From NCBI GenBank assembly GCA_029259175.1, contig JAPDJH010000004.1, positions 163,645 to 187,644 on the forward strand: a DNA stretch of 24,000 nucleotides, read 5' to 3'. This DNA comes from Hadesarchaea archaeon. GTDB lineage: Archaea; Hadarchaeota; Hadarchaeia; Hadarchaeales; Hadarchaeaceae. Each line of letters begins with the position of its first letter. Positions within the stretch are counted from its first letter, which is position 1. The notes under the pieces are model-generated. The model worked only from the letters and a program-made list of their open reading frames with translations. It ran no database searches and had not been told where the DNA came from. Of this stretch, positions 22,351 to 24,000 are shown piece by piece. The translations under genes and the position numbers were made by a program.

Positions 22351-23522
22351 CACATTTCCTCCGGTTTTATCGGGCTGATCCGACGCAGGTCTTCTATGAC
22401 TCTTGGAAGGACTTCCAGTGCATGGTCGATTTCTTTTTCTTCTGTGAGCCACGTGAACGTGAAGCGGATTGCCCCATGTGCAATCTCTGGCTTGACCCCA
22501 ATGGCCGACAGCACATGGCTGGGCTCCAGCTTTCTTGTGGAACAGGCCGAACCGGTGGCTACAGCGATTCCGTGCATATCCAGCCGTAGAAGAATGGATT
22601 CTCCTTCGATCCCCTTAAACGAATAATTTACGTTCGCCGGACTGCGTTTTTCTCCTCGCGGACCATGCAGTACAACGTGTGGGATTTTATCCTCGATACC
22701 CTGCATGAGCCTCGCTTGGAGCTTCCGCATATGTGCTATGTGGGCATCAAAGTGGTCAAACGCAAGTTCAACGGCCTTGGCGAATCCCATTATGCCCGGG
22801 ATATTCTCGGTGCCTGGCCTCAGAGCTGAAAGCGAGATGTATCCGTAATCGATCGGCTCGATTCGTGTCCCCTCTCTCACGTAAAGCGCTCCAGCTCCTT
22901 TGGGGCCGTGAATCTTGTGAGCGCTTATGCTCAGCAAATCCACGCCCATGTGGCCAACATCTATCGGAACACGGGCATAACCAGCGGCGGCGTTTACGTG
23001 AAAATACGTGTGCTGATTCCGCTCTTTCACGATCTTGACTATCTCCTCAACGTTTTGTATCGTTCCGATCTCGTCGTTCACGTTTCCGATACTTACCAAG
23101 ATGGTTTCGTTGGTAAGCTTCTCTTCAACGGTTTTTGGATCGACAAATCCTTCACTGTCCACCGGCAGGTAATCCACTTTGAATCCCTCCTTTTCAAGCC
23201 GCTCACACACCCGAAGCACAGAAGGGTTCTCAACCTTGGTAGTTATGATGTGGCGACCGCGATTCCTGTTGGCATACGCTACCCCCCGGAGTGCGATATC
23301 GTTCGCTTCTGTGGCTCCCGAGGTAAACACGATCTCTTCTGGTTTTCCGCCGATGCTGTGCGCAATCACCTCTCGGGCCCGGTCGACCGCCGCGGCGGCG
23401 CGCGTGCCCAGCTCGTACAAGAAAATCGGATGACCAAAATCTTCCTCCATATACTTTCTCATTTCCTGTACAACTTGGGGGTGTGTCCAAGTGGTGCTCC
23501 CGCAATCCAGGTAGGCCTTCAT
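22350..23522 (-). CDS. iscS: class I (IscS/NifS-type) cysteine desulfurase
   Basis: The PLP-lysine block is LSISAHKIHGPKGAGALY and the active-site loop is ATGSACS. TSGATEAND is also present. The start overlaps the stop of the upstream HTH gene in an ATGA. Confidence 0.9.
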   Translation of the reverse strand: MKAYLDCGSTTWTHPQVVQEMRKYMEEDFGHPIFLYELGTRAAAAVDRAREVIAHSIGGKPEEIVFTSGATEANDIALRGVAYANRNRGRHIITTKVENPSVLRVCERLEKEGFKVDYLPVDSEGFVDPKTVEEKLTNETILVSIGNVNDEIGTIQNVEEIVKIVKERNQHTYFHVNAAAGYARVPIDVGHMGVDLLSISAHKIHGPKGAGALYVREGTRIEPIDYGYISLSALRPGTENIPGIMGFAKAVELAFDHFDAHIAHMRKLQARLMQGIEDKIPHVVLHGPRGEKRSPANVNYSFKGIEGESILLRLDMHGIAVATGSACSTRKLEPSHVLSAIGVKPEIAHGAIRFTFTWLTEEKEIDHALEVLPRVIEDLRRISPIKPEEM

Positions 23523-23818
23523 TTCAAGGCCCCTTTCTTCGAAAGCTCGGCACAGATATGACAGTAGATCTGAGAAAATTCCTCGTCTCTGCGTTCCTCC
23601 GCCACTATTTGTTCAACCAGCTCATCTATCACCGACATTATTCCGTATCGGCGCAGGACTGATTGATATCGTGAGCCCCTAAGCCTGTTCAGATACTGGC
23701 TAACCGCTGGCTGGGTGATGCCCAAACGCTCGGCTATCTCGGTTTGCTTCATTCTGTGCTTCTCCGCCAGCTTTTTCACAACAGCTACACGAACGGCCGG
23801 CAGAATCCGCTTGACCAT
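23519..23818 (-). CDS. small HTH transcriptional regulator with C-terminal CxxC (candidate regulator of the isc operon)
   Basis: HTH segment MKQTEIAERLGITQPAVSQYLNRL, with a C-terminal YCHIC. The start is placed at the internal ATG at 23818 (MVKRILPAV...), because a TATA-like box at 23841-23850 abuts the track start at 23839. That box sits about 25-28 nt from 23818, which fits a leaderless mRNA. Confidence 0.65.
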   Translation of the reverse strand: MVKRILPAVRVAVVKKLAEKHRMKQTEIAERLGITQPAVSQYLNRLRGSRYQSVLRRYGIMSVIDELVEQIVAEERRDEEFSQIYCHICAELSKKGALK

Positions 23819-23840
23819 GAGTTCACATTTCGGTCGCATC

Positions 23841-23854
23841 TATAACAACGTTAT
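23841..23854. promoter_or_regulatory. TATAACAACGTTAT box upstream of the HTH-iscS-iscU operon
   Basis: Exact copy of the 14-mer at 9076-9089, in the same orientation relative to the downstream minus-strand gene. Confidence 0.5.
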
Positions 23855-23986
23855 CCTTTCTCTAATAAACCCTTTCTTGGTGATCTCTTCCGCCTGATCT
23901 CGTGGCAATGAACCACTCATTGAGAAAACAGTTCTTCTGGCTGAAAAGTGGAATTTGTTCAGCTCACCTCCGGAATCTGCAGCAAT

Positions 23987-24000
23987 GTCCCATATAGGAC
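23987..24000. repeat. fifth, one-mismatch copy of the 14-bp palindrome (GTCCCATATAGGAC) at the window edge
   Basis: 13/14 match to GTCCCATATGGGAC. It lies about 170 bp upstream of the HTH regulator start. The flanking context beyond 24000 is not visible. Confidence 0.7.

Noticed and set aside
21895-23561. Plus-strand ORFs of 243 aa (21895..22626) and 217 aa (22908..23561)
   Set aside because: They are antisense to iscU and iscS, which have unambiguous PLP-lysine, active-site Cys and scaffold Cys motifs.

Overview
This is a densely coded archaeal chromosomal segment. Supporting signs are TATA-like AT-rich promoter boxes, many ATGA/TGATG-coupled operons, two archaeal-type tRNAs, an RNase P RNA, and SepCysS with methanogen-type sulfide-assimilation genes. 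The organism is not identified.

Gene order, left to right:
- A partial PHP phosphoesterase and an unknown 234-aa gene on the minus strand.
- A divergent three-gene operon encoding a short SMC5/6-like ATPase, a kleisin-like protein and a MAGE/Nse3-like tandem winged-helix protein.
- tRNA-Ala(CGC), a NUDIX hydrolase, an intergenic array of four perfect 14-bp palindromes (GTCCCATATGGGAC), and tRNA-Val(GAC).
- Divergent nadA and thi4, a degenerate archaemetzincin-like protein, and a THUMP-less ThiI-like PP-loop ATPase.
- A five-gene minus-strand operon: COG1900-CBS, NIL-ferredoxin, COG2122/UPF0280, ThiF/MoeB-type E1, SepCysS.
- A Tes/MJ0619-like radical SAM gene, divergent from hypD, a hypC-thioesterase fusion and a MoaD-like Ubl with a C-terminal extension.
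- XdhC-like, JAMM/MPN+ and SufS-type desulfurase genes, then RNase P RNA.
- A free-standing ThrRS-editing-domain protein.
- An HTH, iscS/nifS, iscU and Cys-rich-unknown operon.

Most of 6.8-23.8 kb is a sulfur and metallocofactor trafficking island.

The best candidates for undescribed biology are:
- the compact SMC5/6-like, kleisin and MAGE-like module;
- the HypC-hotdog thioesterase fusion, in a HypCD/Ubl/JAMM/XdhC context with no other hyp genes;
- the physical fusion of all SepCysS-linked sulfide-assimilation families with an E1 enzyme;
- the palindrome array.

All family assignments are from motif recognition by eye. No database search was run.
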